Counted from the stretch's first letter, positions 10,350-20,416 are shown. The stretch is 64,000 bases of DNA from Candidatus Kerfeldbacteria bacterium (GCA_016214565.1 JACROE010000002.1:856007-920006); one strand, 5' to 3'. Notes: generated by a model not told the origin, from the sequence alone. Numbers and translations: made by a program.

Positions 10350-10526
10350 ATGGGCCAAAAATTTGTTATTTATTTCTGCCTGTCTGTCGGGGCCGCTATT
10401 GGCGGATATATCCCAGCGCTGTGGCATGACAGCATTTTTTCGCCGTGGTCAGTGATTCTTTCGGCGGTGGGTGGCATAGTGGGGTTATACGTCGGTATTA
10501 AAATCAATCAGGCGATCGGCGGGTAG
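10350..10526 (+). CDS. Small two-TM membrane protein (58 aa, not in the ORF track)
   Basis: ATG at 10350 to TAG at 10524-10526. Gly-rich hydrophobic sequence reminiscent of GlsB/YeaQ/YmgE-type small membrane proteins. Confidence 0.25.
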   Translation: MGQKFVIYFCLSVGAAIGGYIPALWHDSIFSPWSVILSAVGGIVGLYVGIKINQAIGG

Positions 10527-10532
10527 TCATGA

Positions 10533-10561
10533 TTGACTTTTAGCTTCACATCGCGTATAAT
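10533..10561 (+). promoter_or_regulatory. Consensus sigma70 promoter (TTGACT-17-TATAAT) upstream of the ATP-grasp/ABC-F/RND genes
   Basis: TTGACT at 10533-10538, a 17-nt spacer, TATAAT at 10556-10561. An 80-nt leader with a GC hairpin plus T-run (about 10600-10615) precedes the ATG at 10645. Confidence 0.5.
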
Positions 10562-10644
10562 AGGTCTAATCGTAAAAAACCACTGGGAAAGGTCTGCCAT
10601 TACGGCCGATCTTTTTTGAATGCTTTTTCGACAATGTACCACGT

Positions 10645-11652
10645 ATGATTCATATACCGCGCAGCGACGTTAATAGTGTTAACGCGCTCCATATTGCCGC
10701 ACGGAAACTACATATCGAAGTTGAAACAATCGACTCCGATGCAGGATTGCATCTCTTTAAACATCAGGGCAAGCGTTTTTTTGTGCGCCAACATATTCCT
10801 GACCTGAATTCATACGTGGCCTCGCGGGTAATTAATAATAAATACTTAGCAAAAAAAATTCTTCTTAAAAACAATATCTCCGTACCCAGCGGCGTGACTT
10901 TTTCAAATCTTCATAAAGTTCTGTTGAGCTTGAGAGAGGGTAGTATTAAATATCCACTGGTGGTCAAACCAATTGAAGGTTCAATGGGCGAGGCAGTCAC
11001 GGTAGACATCCGCAGTGAGGATTGGCTTGGTGTGGCAATCCAAGAAGTGTATAAATATAATCGTCGGCGTTGGGGCAGGCCGGGATCATTTTTAGTTGAA
11101 CAGTATATACCTGGTCATGACTATCGATTTTTAGTTCTCGATGGCAGAGTACTGACTGCATTGATGCGCAAACCAGCCTATGTAATCGGCGATGGGGTAC
11201 GCACCATTCAGCAACTGATTGTTGAATATAATAATCAGCCGGGGGTGGCCAAGGATCAACCGCTTTGCCCGATTGTCATTGATTATGAATTGCATCGGAA
11301 CTTGGTGAGTCAGCAGCTGACACTCGAGACCGTTTTGCCACACGCAAAGCAAATATTTTTGCGGCGGAATGCGAATGTGAGTACGGGCGGACGCTCGTTT
11401 GAGTGCTTTGATAAAGCTGCGCCGGAATATCTGAAATTAGCTGCCCGGATCGGTGAAATATTCCAGTTGCGGTTCTTTGCGGTTGATCTGATCGCCCGAG
11501 ACATTAGCCTGTATGAAAAGTTTGCGGTGATTGAAATTAATGATACCCCGGGCTTTGATATCCACGAAGCCCCGTACCGCGGCAAGCCGTTTCCGGTGGC
11601 AGAACATATCGTGCGGGCGATGTTTCGGGATACAACAGGTGGTAGGGCGTGA
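10645..11652 (+). CDS. ATP-grasp ligase (RimK / cyanophycin-synthetase N-domain-like)
   Basis: 335 aa with the ATP-grasp signature: LVVKPIEGSMGEAVTV..., EQYIPGHDYRFLVLDG, and a C-terminal AVIEINDTPG Mg/ATP-binding loop. Confidence 0.6.
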   Translation: MIHIPRSDVNSVNALHIAARKLHIEVETIDSDAGLHLFKHQGKRFFVRQHIPDLNSYVASRVINNKYLAKKILLKNNISVPSGVTFSNLHKVLLSLREGSIKYPLVVKPIEGSMGEAVTVDIRSEDWLGVAIQEVYKYNRRRWGRPGSFLVEQYIPGHDYRFLVLDGRVLTALMRKPAYVIGDGVRTIQQLIVEYNNQPGVAKDQPLCPIVIDYELHRNLVSQQLTLETVLPHAKQIFLRRNANVSTGGRSFECFDKAAPEYLKLAARIGEIFQLRFFAVDLIARDISLYEKFAVIEINDTPGFDIHEAPYRGKPFPVAEHIVRAMFRDTTGGRA

Positions 11653-11685
11653 CAAAGCCCCCTTTTTCTGCTACGATGTCGTTTC

Positions 11686-13155
11686 ATGACAAATGATTCG
11701 GTAGTATTACGATTTTCAGATGTTAGTTACGCCTACGACCGCGGTCACAAAAAACTGCTGGACGAGGCGTCTTTTTCGGTTCGTGCGGGCAGTCGGATAA
11801 CCCTGATGGGCCAGAATGGCGCGGGGAAAAGCACGATTTTTAAATTAATTACTGGTGAGGTCAAGCCCAATGACGGTCAGATATTTCGTACCCCGGCTGA
11901 TGCGACGGTGGGGATTGCGCGTCAGACCATGCCACGAGAAGCATTGCCATTGACCGTGCGGGAATATTTTGCCACGGCGTTTAAGGAGATTCAATATAAT
12001 CTGGATAAGTTGATTGCAAATGTTTTTGAAGTCGTTAATCTCGATATTCCAATTACTAAAACTGTAAAAGAATTATCCGGTGGCGAACAAGCACGGTTGC
12101 TCTTAGCGCATGCCTTGATTCAGGAGCCTGACATACTCTTGCTCGATGAGCCAACTAACAATTTAGATCAGCAGGGGATTGATCATCTCACCACGTTTCT
12201 TATCATGTATACCAAGACGTGCCTGGTGATATCTCATGACGCCGATTTTTTAAATGCGTTTAGTGATGGTGTTTTATACCTGGACATCCATACTCAGAAG
12301 GTAGAACAGTATACCGGGAATTATAATGATGTGGTTGAGGAAATCAGTCAGCGAATTGAGCGGGAAAATTTATTGAATGCTCGCATGCAGCGGCAAATAA
12401 AAGAGAAGCGCGCGCAGGCAGAAGTGTTTGCCCATAAGGGCGGTAAACTTCGGTTTGTGGCTAAGCGCATGCGTGAAGCAGCGGAAACTGCGGAGGAAAA
12501 TATTGTGAGTGTGCGCAAAGAAGACAAAACGATCCGCCCCTTTACGATTCCCGTACAAGACTTTGATATTCATTTCCACGGAAAAATTGTGGAGATGTCC
12601 GGTGTGTCATCCATGCAGAATCACAAGATCGTTGAAAAAAAGATTGACTTGACCATCCGCAAAAACATGCACGTGGTGATTGCCGGTCCAAATGGTATAG
12701 GTAAGAGCACCTTGTTGGCGCAGCTGGTATCGGGTACCGCGCCTCATGCCAAGGTTTCCCCAGAAGTAGTTGTGGGGTATTACCAGCAAGACTTTGGCAA
12801 TATGGATATGGATCAAATCGCCTTTGATGCATTGAAGAGTGCCATGGCGAAGCAAGACGATCACCGCTTGCGCTCTACCGCCGCAGGTTTTCTTTTGGAT
12901 GGCGGAATATTATCACAACCAATCCGTGCCTTGTCAGAAGGGCAAAAGGGGTTACTGTCATACTGCCGCTTGGTGCTCCAGCAGCCAGGACTTTTGGTTT
13001 TAGATGAACCAACTAACCATATAAATTTTCGTCATTTACCGGTGCTGGCAAAAGCGCTGGACGAATATCAGGGCGCCTTGATCATGGTTTCGCATATCCC
13101 AGACTTTGTCGCACAGATACGGGTGGATACGGTGATTGATTTGGAAAAGGTGTAG
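11686..13155 (+). CDS. ABC-F family ATPase (tandem ABC domains, no TM domain)
   Basis: Two Walker A motifs (GQNGAGKST, GPNGIGKST), two ABC signatures (LSGGEQARL, LSEGQKGLL) and an inter-domain linker. Confidence 0.8.
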   Translation: MTNDSVVLRFSDVSYAYDRGHKKLLDEASFSVRAGSRITLMGQNGAGKSTIFKLITGEVKPNDGQIFRTPADATVGIARQTMPREALPLTVREYFATAFKEIQYNLDKLIANVFEVVNLDIPITKTVKELSGGEQARLLLAHALIQEPDILLLDEPTNNLDQQGIDHLTTFLIMYTKTCLVISHDADFLNAFSDGVLYLDIHTQKVEQYTGNYNDVVEEISQRIERENLLNARMQRQIKEKRAQAEVFAHKGGKLRFVAKRMREAAETAEENIVSVRKEDKTIRPFTIPVQDFDIHFHGKIVEMSGVSSMQNHKIVEKKIDLTIRKNMHVVIAGPNGIGKSTLLAQLVSGTAPHAKVSPEVVVGYYQQDFGNMDMDQIAFDALKSAMAKQDDHRLRSTAAGFLLDGGILSQPIRALSEGQKGLLSYCRLVLQQPGLLVLDEPTNHINFRHLPVLAKALDEYQGALIMVSHIPDFVAQIRVDTVIDLEKV

Positions 13156-13299
13156 CTAAAGGGTCTTTTGATAATAGTAGTTTGCAATAATGAGGGAGTA
13201 CTAGCACAGTCCATTATTTTTTGTTATGATAGTTAACCCTACCGACTCAATAGCTGGTAGTTTTAAATAAGCATTTTACTAATAAAATTAGTCTATTAT

Positions 13300-16200
13300 A
13301 TGAATAACGAGCTGCATCGTACTGACGAAACCATCAAGCATCCCTATGATTGGAATGCAAAATTGGTTCGTTATTTCCTTAATAATTCACGTCTTGTTTG
13401 GCTTATCATCGCTGCCATTATAATTGGTGGCCTTTTTGCCTTGCTGAATTTTCAGCGTCAGGGATTTCCACAGGTTTCCCCGAAAGTTGCACTCGTACAA
13501 ACTATTTATCCTGGAGCCACCGCTGACGAAATGGAACGTCAAGTAACTGGATTGATTGAGGCGGCTGTTAAAGATGTGAAGGGGCTCAAAGAAACCTCTT
13601 CAACGTCCGCTAATAGTTTCTCAAACGTGGTTGTTACGTTGGATGAATCCGTTAATCTTGATACTGCTGTTCAAGATATTCAATCAAAAGTACAGTCCAT
13701 CCAGGCCGATCTTCCGGCCGATGCGGAGCCGCCGAAAGTGCAAACATTTGCCACCTCAGGTCCTGCCTTTATTTTTGGCGTGACCCATGAAAGCGGAGAT
13801 ATGGATACTATTCGGCATTCGGCTGATGATTTGATCCAGGGGTTATCGGACGTTGAGGGAGTAAAGACGGCTTCACTGGCCAATGAAGCGCCAGAGCGGA
13901 TTGTGATTACGTTTGATCCCGCCAAGATGGCGGTTCAGGGAGCGCAATTACAGATTCTGCAGTTAGCACTCCAGGGCGCAAATGTTAATTTTCCAGCCGG
14001 TACACTCGACCTGGAAGGGAAAACGCAATCGGTTATTTCTGTCGGCGCCTTTACGACGCTTGATGAAATCTCAAATTTGATTGTCGGCGTCAATCCGCGC
14101 ACACGCCAGCCTATCCGCGTCCAGGACATTGCCGAAGTACGGCGTGGGTTTGCCTCCGATGTGAATATTGATCGGTTTGGTTCGATTGACAATGGACAAT
14201 TAGTGAGTCATCCGGGCGTACTAGTCAACGTCGAAGTGACGGCCGAGGCTGATGTGATCAAAACTAAAAAAGCAATTGACGAGCACCTCGCGGTCATGGA
14301 GACGGACGGAGAGTTAGATGGGGTAACGGTGGCAGAGCTGAGCAATGTCGCCCGCGACACACAGGATCAGATCGGTGAAATCGTGGATGGCGCGATTGGC
14401 ACAGAAAAAAACGTGTATATGCTCGGTGGTATCCAGCTGCTCTTTATAGCCATGTTACTTTTTGTTAATTGGCGAGCAGCTATTGTTGCCGCTCTGGCGA
14501 TACCGTTGTCAATGTTATTTACTTTTGCATCGCTTGCAATTACCGGTACCGAGCTGAACACCATTGTGTTGTTTTCGTTAATTCTCGTACTCGGTTTGAT
14601 CGTTGACCCGGCCATCATCATGATCGAGTCGATTCAGCGGTATCGCGATTTGAAATACGGTGCGGTTGACGCTGTCTTAGAATCGGGTCGCCGCTATGGC
14701 GCCTCGCTCTTCATGGCAGTGTTGGCTTCGATGATTGTATTTGCCCCATTTGGAGTTGTATCTGGGATATTCGGCGAAATCATTAAATACATACCATTGA
14801 CCGTACTTCCGGCATTGATTGCTTCCTATATTATTCCGATTGCGATTTTGCCGATGTTATCGAAATGGTTGATGAAATCCCGATCCACAAAAGCCGGTGA
14901 AACCGCGATGAGCGGTGAAGATGAGGGGCTCTGGCGAATTGCTCGCTGGTTTATGTCAGTCAGTGGTACACTCCTCGCAAAACGTTGGCGCCAAGTAGTT
15001 ACCCTAGTGGTGGCGTTGCTCTTGGTGGCTGGTTCGTTGGCGATTGTGGGTATGGGGAAAGTACAAATTGTACAATTCTCAAAAGCTAAGGACAATCCGT
15101 ATTTGACGATTGACGCTCGATTTCCTAAGGGTTTAACCTTCGCCGATCGTTCAGCTGTTGGCGCAGAGCTTGAGCAATTGCTACTTAATGAATCCGGCGT
15201 GGCTAAATATTTTTACTATCAGCAGAGCCGCGATGGTTTGTATTTATTTGCCGAGCTAAAAATAAAAGCCGATCGGGACGAGACACAGACCAGCAAGGAA
15301 ATCGTGAGGCGGCTTCGAGCGTCAGCCAAAGACATTACTCATCTAGATGATATTATCATCAATGAACTTGGCACTGGTACTCCTGAGCCGGATTATCAGA
15401 TTCAAGTGCAGCTCAATGATAATGATCCGGCCGTACTCGAAACCGCCGCCAAAGAGGTTGGAGATTATCTCCGCTCATTGGAGCATATTACGCGCGTTGA
15501 CGATGGTTTTACTGGCAAAGATGAATCAGAAGTACGAGTCATCCTTGATCGGATGCGGGTGCAGGTAGCCGGCTTATCCAGTTATGAAATTGGTCAGCAG
15601 TTGAAAGCAGTTATCGGCGAAACCACCGTGACAAAATATACCGGCGAGGGTGGTTCAGCTGACGTCATATTAAAGAACGGTGCGTTACCAGCAGACCTGG
15701 ATGCGATTCGAAATCTGCCGCTCGTGAGTCAGGCTGGTCAAGTCGTTCGCGTCTCGGACGTGGCCACGGTGGAGGAGAGTTCAACCGCGGGCGTGATTCA
15801 GCGCTTTGACGGATTGCGGTATGTCAGTGTACGCGCTCGAATCGATGACAGTAAGAATTTAGTTGCAGTACAGCAAAAGTTCAATGAGTATTTGACCGAT
15901 GAGAAGTTAGATCAATTGGGCATTGATAGCCGAGATTCACGCGGTGAGTTTGATGACATTGCTAAATCATTTCAGGAATTAGGCATGGCGCTGGCGGCTG
16001 CCATTTTGATGACTTATATCTTCTTGGCGCTGCAATTCAAATCATTTACCCAGCCATTGGTCATGCTTATCACCGTGCCACTGTCTCTGACCGGCGTATT
16101 CCCTGCGCTCCTATTGACTGGTTCTGATCTCGGATTTCTCGAATTACTTGGCGTCACGATTCTCGTTGGTATTGTGGTCAGCGTGGGCATTTTCCTGATG

Positions 16201-16488
16201 GATTACGCCAATCAATTAGTGAAGGAGCGAGGCTATTCTGCAAAGGATGCGATTATCCAGGCCACGGGCGTGCGGTTCCGGCCGATTGTGCTGACAAAAT
16301 TGGTGGTTATTGGTGGGCTCTTACCTTTGGCATTTGAATCAGAGTTCTGGCGCGGTTTGGCCGTCGCCATCATCGGTGGCATTGCCTTGTCTGGATTCCT
16401 CTCATTGATTGTTCTGCCGATTCTCTATGTGTGGATCCAGGCGGGTCGCGATCGGTTGCATGGCAAAGGCAATCATACGATTGGATAA
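13300..16488 (+). CDS. RND superfamily efflux transporter permease (AcrB/MMPL-like)
   Basis: 1062 aa with a duplicated 6-TM plus large periplasmic loop architecture and conserved TM4/TM10 regions. Confidence 0.8.
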   Translation: MNNELHRTDETIKHPYDWNAKLVRYFLNNSRLVWLIIAAIIIGGLFALLNFQRQGFPQVSPKVALVQTIYPGATADEMERQVTGLIEAAVKDVKGLKETSSTSANSFSNVVVTLDESVNLDTAVQDIQSKVQSIQADLPADAEPPKVQTFATSGPAFIFGVTHESGDMDTIRHSADDLIQGLSDVEGVKTASLANEAPERIVITFDPAKMAVQGAQLQILQLALQGANVNFPAGTLDLEGKTQSVISVGAFTTLDEISNLIVGVNPRTRQPIRVQDIAEVRRGFASDVNIDRFGSIDNGQLVSHPGVLVNVEVTAEADVIKTKKAIDEHLAVMETDGELDGVTVAELSNVARDTQDQIGEIVDGAIGTEKNVYMLGGIQLLFIAMLLFVNWRAAIVAALAIPLSMLFTFASLAITGTELNTIVLFSLILVLGLIVDPAIIMIESIQRYRDLKYGAVDAVLESGRRYGASLFMAVLASMIVFAPFGVVSGIFGEIIKYIPLTVLPALIASYIIPIAILPMLSKWLMKSRSTKAGETAMSGEDEGLWRIARWFMSVSGTLLAKRWRQVVTLVVALLLVAGSLAIVGMGKVQIVQFSKAKDNPYLTIDARFPKGLTFADRSAVGAELEQLLLNESGVAKYFYYQQSRDGLYLFAELKIKADRDETQTSKEIVRRLRASAKDITHLDDIIINELGTGTPEPDYQIQVQLNDNDPAVLETAAKEVGDYLRSLEHITRVDDGFTGKDESEVRVILDRMRVQVAGLSSYEIGQQLKAVIGETTVTKYTGEGGSADVILKNGALPADLDAIRNLPLVSQAGQVVRVSDVATVEESSTAGVIQRFDGLRYVSVRARIDDSKNLVAVQQKFNEYLTDEKLDQLGIDSRDSRGEFDDIAKSFQELGMALAAAILMTYIFLALQFKSFTQPLVMLITVPLSLTGVFPALLLTGSDLGFLELLGVTILVGIVVSVGIFLMDYANQLVKERGYSAKDAIIQATGVRFRPIVLTKLVVIGGLLPLAFESEFWRGLAVAIIGGIALSGFLSLIVLPILYVWIQAGRDRLHGKGNHTIG

Positions 16489-16515
16489 ATCGTGATTACC
16501 ATCACACTTTCGCAA

Positions 16516-16540
16516 GCCCGGTGTAGCAGCCGGGCTTTTA
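16516..16540 (+). terminator. Rho-independent terminator after the RND gene
   Basis: GCCCGG-tgtagcag-CCGGGC followed by TTTTA. Confidence 0.5.
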
Positions 16541-16646
16541 CTTAGTAAAGTAAAATTTGCAAGAATGAGGGTACTGTGTTATTTTTTGTCTGTCCAAAAC
16601 ATGTGTCAATGAACCCCAACCAGCTCTTTTTGAAGGAGGTGATTAT

Positions 16647-16880
16647 TTGAAAACATGGCAAGCATTGCTCGGGCTTTTTAGCCTGGTGATTGCTGTCGCA
16701 CCAAGCGACCTCAACCCGCTATTGCTGTGGGAACCGTACCGTATGTTGATTAATGGTTTTCTTATGAAATACCCTCAGCTGTGGTTCGCGGTCTGGATGA
16801 GCGCGCTGTTTAGCAGCATTTACTTCGGGCTTCGGTCAGAAGCCCAGTATGTGGATGGCGTTAAACGCCAAGCCGCCTAA
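16647..16880 (+). CDS. Small membrane protein (hypothetical), TTG start
   Basis: 77 aa with two TM segments. Strong SD AAGGAGG 6 nt upstream of the TTG. Confidence 0.4.
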   Translation: MKTWQALLGLFSLVIAVAPSDLNPLLLWEPYRMLINGFLMKYPQLWFAVWMSALFSSIYFGLRSEAQYVDGVKRQAA

Positions 16881-16890
16881 AGCGGTTCGT

Positions 16891-16924
16891 CCCTCCGGGA
16901 TTATTCTCGGAGGGTGCTTTTTTA
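16891..16924 (+). terminator. Rho-independent terminator
   Basis: CCCTCCG-ggattattct-CGGAGGG followed by TGCTTTTTTA. Confidence 0.55.
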
Positions 16925-16942
16925 CTTATTTCAAGAAAGGTA

Positions 16943-16951
16943 TGCTAAAAT
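16943..16951 (+). promoter_or_regulatory. Extended -10 promoter element (TGCTAAAAT) for a leaderless helicase transcript
   Basis: TGn-TAAAAT ends 6 nt before the ATG at 16958, and no SD is present. Confidence 0.4.
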
Positions 16952-16957
16952 ACACCC

Positions 16958-19900
16958 ATGAATATCTTCGATAATCTGAATACAGCCCAGCGCCAGGCCG
17001 TGACGCACACTGACGGGCCGCTCTTGATCGTGGCCGGCGCCGGTACTGGCAAAACCACGGTGGTGACCCAGCGTATCGCTTGGTTGGTATTGGAAAAGAA
17101 AGTTCCTACGGATAATATTCTCGCCCTGACTTTTACGGAGAAAGCCGCCGGTGAAATGGAAGAGCGGGTGGATGTACTCTTGCCCTATGGCTATGTGGAT
17201 TTGTGGATTTCCACATTCCACTCATTTTGCGAACGGATATTGAAGGACAGCGCTATTGAAATTGGTTTGCCGCCGGATTTCAAGTTGCTTAATGAAACAG
17301 ACCAGGTGATGCTGGTGCGCAGGAATCTAGACCGGTTTGACCTCAATTATTACCGTCCTTTAGGTAATCCCACGAAATTCGTCCAGGCACTGGTCAAGCA
17401 TTTCAGCCGGGCAAAAGACGAAAACGTACTACCGGAAGATTATTTAGCATACGCCAAAACCCTGCAAATGGATCGGGACGACGCAGAAAATACCAAAAAG
17501 AAACGAGTGGATGAGGAAGAGGAAATTAGTGAAGAGCAACGTATCAAAGAAGTGGCGAATGCCTATCATATTTATCAGCAGTTATTATTGGAGCAAGGTG
17601 CGCTCGACTTTGGTGATTTGATTTTATATACCATTAAGTTATTCAAATCGCGGCCAAAGATTTTAGAAAGGTACCGCAAACAATTTCAATATCTTTTGGT
17701 GGATGAATTCCAGGACACGAACTACGCGCAATATGAATTAGTGAAAATGTTGGCGCAGCCAAAGAATAATGTGACCGTGGTCGGGGATGATGATCAGTCA
17801 ATATATAAATTCCGTGGTGCCGCTATTTCAAATATTTTAGAGTTTAAAAAAGATTTTCCTGATTCAAAAGAAGTGGTACTGACGGAAAACTACCGCACTC
17901 GGCAGAACATTCTGGATTTATCCTATCGCTTTATCAAGCAGAATGACCCGAACCGTTTGGAGTATCAATTGTCAAAAGGGAAGATTGATCCGAAAGGCGC
18001 ACCATTGAAAACCAAAATCAGCAAGAAATTGAAATCCACACGCGAGGGCGAGGGGAGTATCCAGCATCTACATTTCCACTCCCATCTCGAGGAAGCCGCT
18101 GGGGTGATGAAGCGGATTATTGAACTACAAGCGGGACAACCCTCCGCCAGAGGCGGATCCGGCTCCGCCGGAAAGCTAAAATGGAGCGACTTTGCAATTC
18201 TCATCCGCGCCAATAGTTACGCTAATGAGTTCATGACTGCCGCGACTCGGCTACAAGTGCCGCATCAGTTTCTCGCGTCACGGGGATTGTACAGCCAGCC
18301 GGAGATTATGGATATCGTGGCGTATTTGAAATTATTGGACAGCTATCATGAATCTGCTGCCATGTGGCGCGTGCTTAATTTTTCCCATTGGAAACTGCCC
18401 ATCAAAGATCTGATGGCGTTGTCCCAGCGCGCCTACAAGAAACGCATGTCCCTGTATGAAGCCGTTTCGCAGTCGCGACTAATCGCCGGCATTTCGAAAG
18501 AGATGCATCAGGCATTGGAAAAAATATTGAAAATGATTGAGGCGCATACTGAGTTGGCTCGCGTGAAGGGAGTGCTGACGGTGGCACTGCGGTTTATGAA
18601 AGACTCGGGGTACCTGAAGCACATCACCGAAGTAAAAGGAGACGAACATATTGAACAGGTTATTCATTTGAATCAGTTTTTCCGGAAGATTGAGGATTTT
18701 GAAAATAAAAATGATGATAATTCAGTGCGGCATTTCCTAGAGGAATTTGACGAAGAGCAGGAGTCAGGGGACAGTGGTGCGATGCACCAGCCCTGGGAGG
18801 AGGGACCGGACGCGGTGAAAATTATGACTGTCCATGGCGCCAAAGGCCTGGAGTTTCCCTATGTCTTCATCGTTAGTTTGGTGGACAAACGTTTTCCCTC
18901 GATCGAGCGCAAAGATCCTATTGAATTGCCTGAAGACTTGATCAAGGAAATAATTCCCGAGGGCGATATCCATCTGCAGGAGGAGCGCCGTTTATTTTAC
19001 GTAGGCATGACCCGCGCCCGGGACGGACTTTTCTTCACCTCAGCCGATGACTACGGCGGTACGCGGAAGAAAAAATTGTCACGCTTTTTGACTGAGCTTG
19101 GGTTTGAGCGAAAAGAATCGACCGAGGAATTTGATACCGTCGAGCGGTTGTCGCCAGCGCCAGAGTCACTCAAAGGCAAGCCGGAGATTTCCTATCTTCA
19201 GCAATCAATTCCAGAAAAAGCCAGCTACACCCAGCTCAAGGCATTTGAGACCTGCGCTAAGCAATACAAGTACGCCCATATTTTGAAAGTGCCGGTGGAG
19301 GGCCGTCACACCTTCAGTTTCGGCAAATCCATGCACAACACGTTGTTTCACTTTTTCAAACTAATTCAGGAGCGCAGTGCCACGGTACAGGTAGATTTAT
19401 TTGGCAAACCAGCTACAAAAAAAGACGCGGTGGTCAGTGAAGAAGAGTTGATGCAGTTGTACGACCGTGAGTGGATCGACGACTGGTATTTGTCCAAAGA
19501 GCATCGCGAAGAATATTATGCCAAAGGCAAGACGTCACTCCACGAATTTTTTGAGGCGCAACAACCGAATTTTCCCGTACCAGTGAATCTAGAGCAGCCG
19601 TTTAATCTGAAATTAGGGGAGTACACCTTCAAAGGCGTGATTGATCGGATCGATCCCGTTGGCAATGATCCGAAGACCGTGGAAATTGTAGACTACAAAA
19701 CCGGTCGTATCCCAAAAGGCAACAAACTTACCCCGGATGATAAGGAACAATTGATGATTTACGATTTGGCAGCCCGCGAGGTGTTTGGCTTGCAGCCCGT
19801 GACACTGTCGTATTATTATTTAGAAAATAATACCAAGCTGTCCTTTAGTCCGGATGAAGCGGATTTGAAAAAATTGCGTGAGAGTTTGCAGGAGCAGATC

Positions 19901-19996
19901 GTGCAAATCCACCAGAGCGACTTTGCTGCCAACCCAGGGTTCTGGTGCGCCCAATGCGATTTTCGGGATATTTGTGAAGATCGGTGGAGGGGGTAA
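16958..19996 (+). CDS. UvrD/PcrA-family SF1 helicase fused to a C-terminal PD-(D/E)xK Cas4/AddB-like nuclease with an Fe-S Cys cluster
   Basis: Helicase motifs: AGAGTGKT, DEFQDTN, and a UvrD C-terminal domain (VHGAKGLEFPYVFIV). The tail carries ...CAKQYKY...VDYKTG...CAQCDFRDICEDR, characteristic of RecB-like nuclease plus 4Cys. Confidence 0.75.
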   Translation: MNIFDNLNTAQRQAVTHTDGPLLIVAGAGTGKTTVVTQRIAWLVLEKKVPTDNILALTFTEKAAGEMEERVDVLLPYGYVDLWISTFHSFCERILKDSAIEIGLPPDFKLLNETDQVMLVRRNLDRFDLNYYRPLGNPTKFVQALVKHFSRAKDENVLPEDYLAYAKTLQMDRDDAENTKKKRVDEEEEISEEQRIKEVANAYHIYQQLLLEQGALDFGDLILYTIKLFKSRPKILERYRKQFQYLLVDEFQDTNYAQYELVKMLAQPKNNVTVVGDDDQSIYKFRGAAISNILEFKKDFPDSKEVVLTENYRTRQNILDLSYRFIKQNDPNRLEYQLSKGKIDPKGAPLKTKISKKLKSTREGEGSIQHLHFHSHLEEAAGVMKRIIELQAGQPSARGGSGSAGKLKWSDFAILIRANSYANEFMTAATRLQVPHQFLASRGLYSQPEIMDIVAYLKLLDSYHESAAMWRVLNFSHWKLPIKDLMALSQRAYKKRMSLYEAVSQSRLIAGISKEMHQALEKILKMIEAHTELARVKGVLTVALRFMKDSGYLKHITEVKGDEHIEQVIHLNQFFRKIEDFENKNDDNSVRHFLEEFDEEQESGDSGAMHQPWEEGPDAVKIMTVHGAKGLEFPYVFIVSLVDKRFPSIERKDPIELPEDLIKEIIPEGDIHLQEERRLFYVGMTRARDGLFFTSADDYGGTRKKKLSRFLTELGFERKESTEEFDTVERLSPAPESLKGKPEISYLQQSIPEKASYTQLKAFETCAKQYKYAHILKVPVEGRHTFSFGKSMHNTLFHFFKLIQERSATVQVDLFGKPATKKDAVVSEEELMQLYDREWIDDWYLSKEHREEYYAKGKTSLHEFFEAQQPNFPVPVNLEQPFNLKLGEYTFKGVIDRIDPVGNDPKTVEIVDYKTGRIPKGNKLTPDDKEQLMIYDLAAREVFGLQPVTLSYYYLENNTKLSFSPDEADLKKLRESLQEQIVQIHQSDFAANPGFWCAQCDFRDICEDRWRG

Positions 19997-20125
19997 ATAA
20001 CTATCCTCATGCTGAATCAAGTCCTGAGTAAACGAAGGATCCCAGCATCTCATGTGAGATCCCGAAATTGATCCTGATATTCATCAGGACTTCCAGGTTC
20101 GGGATGGGGACTATACAAAATAAGT

Positions 20126-20416
20126 ATGGCAAAAAAACTAGGAGATTTATTACAACGAAGCATCAGGTCGGCGGGGATTGATAAAGAAGTCAATGCGGCG
20201 ATCGTCTGTACTGCGTTTGATCGGTTATTGGAGGAAAAATACCCCCGGTTGCATGGCCAAGCCCAGGCAAAATTCGTGAAAAATGGTACGCTCACGATTG
20301 CCGTTATCAGCTCGGTGGTAGCCCAGGAAATCAAATTGCGAGAGATGGATATCCTTGATTTTCTTCAGGGAAAATTTGGCGAACAGATGGTGCAGCGGCT
20401 ACGATTTCAGGTGTAA
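20126..20416 (+). CDS. DUF721 / DciA-like small protein
   Basis: 96 aa with a pattern typical of DUF721 proteins that usually sit near gyrB/recF. gyrB lies 4.4 kb downstream. Confidence 0.45.
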   Translation: MAKKLGDLLQRSIRSAGIDKEVNAAIVCTAFDRLLEEKYPRLHGQAQAKFVKNGTLTIAVISSVVAQEIKLREMDILDFLQGKFGEQMVQRLRFQV

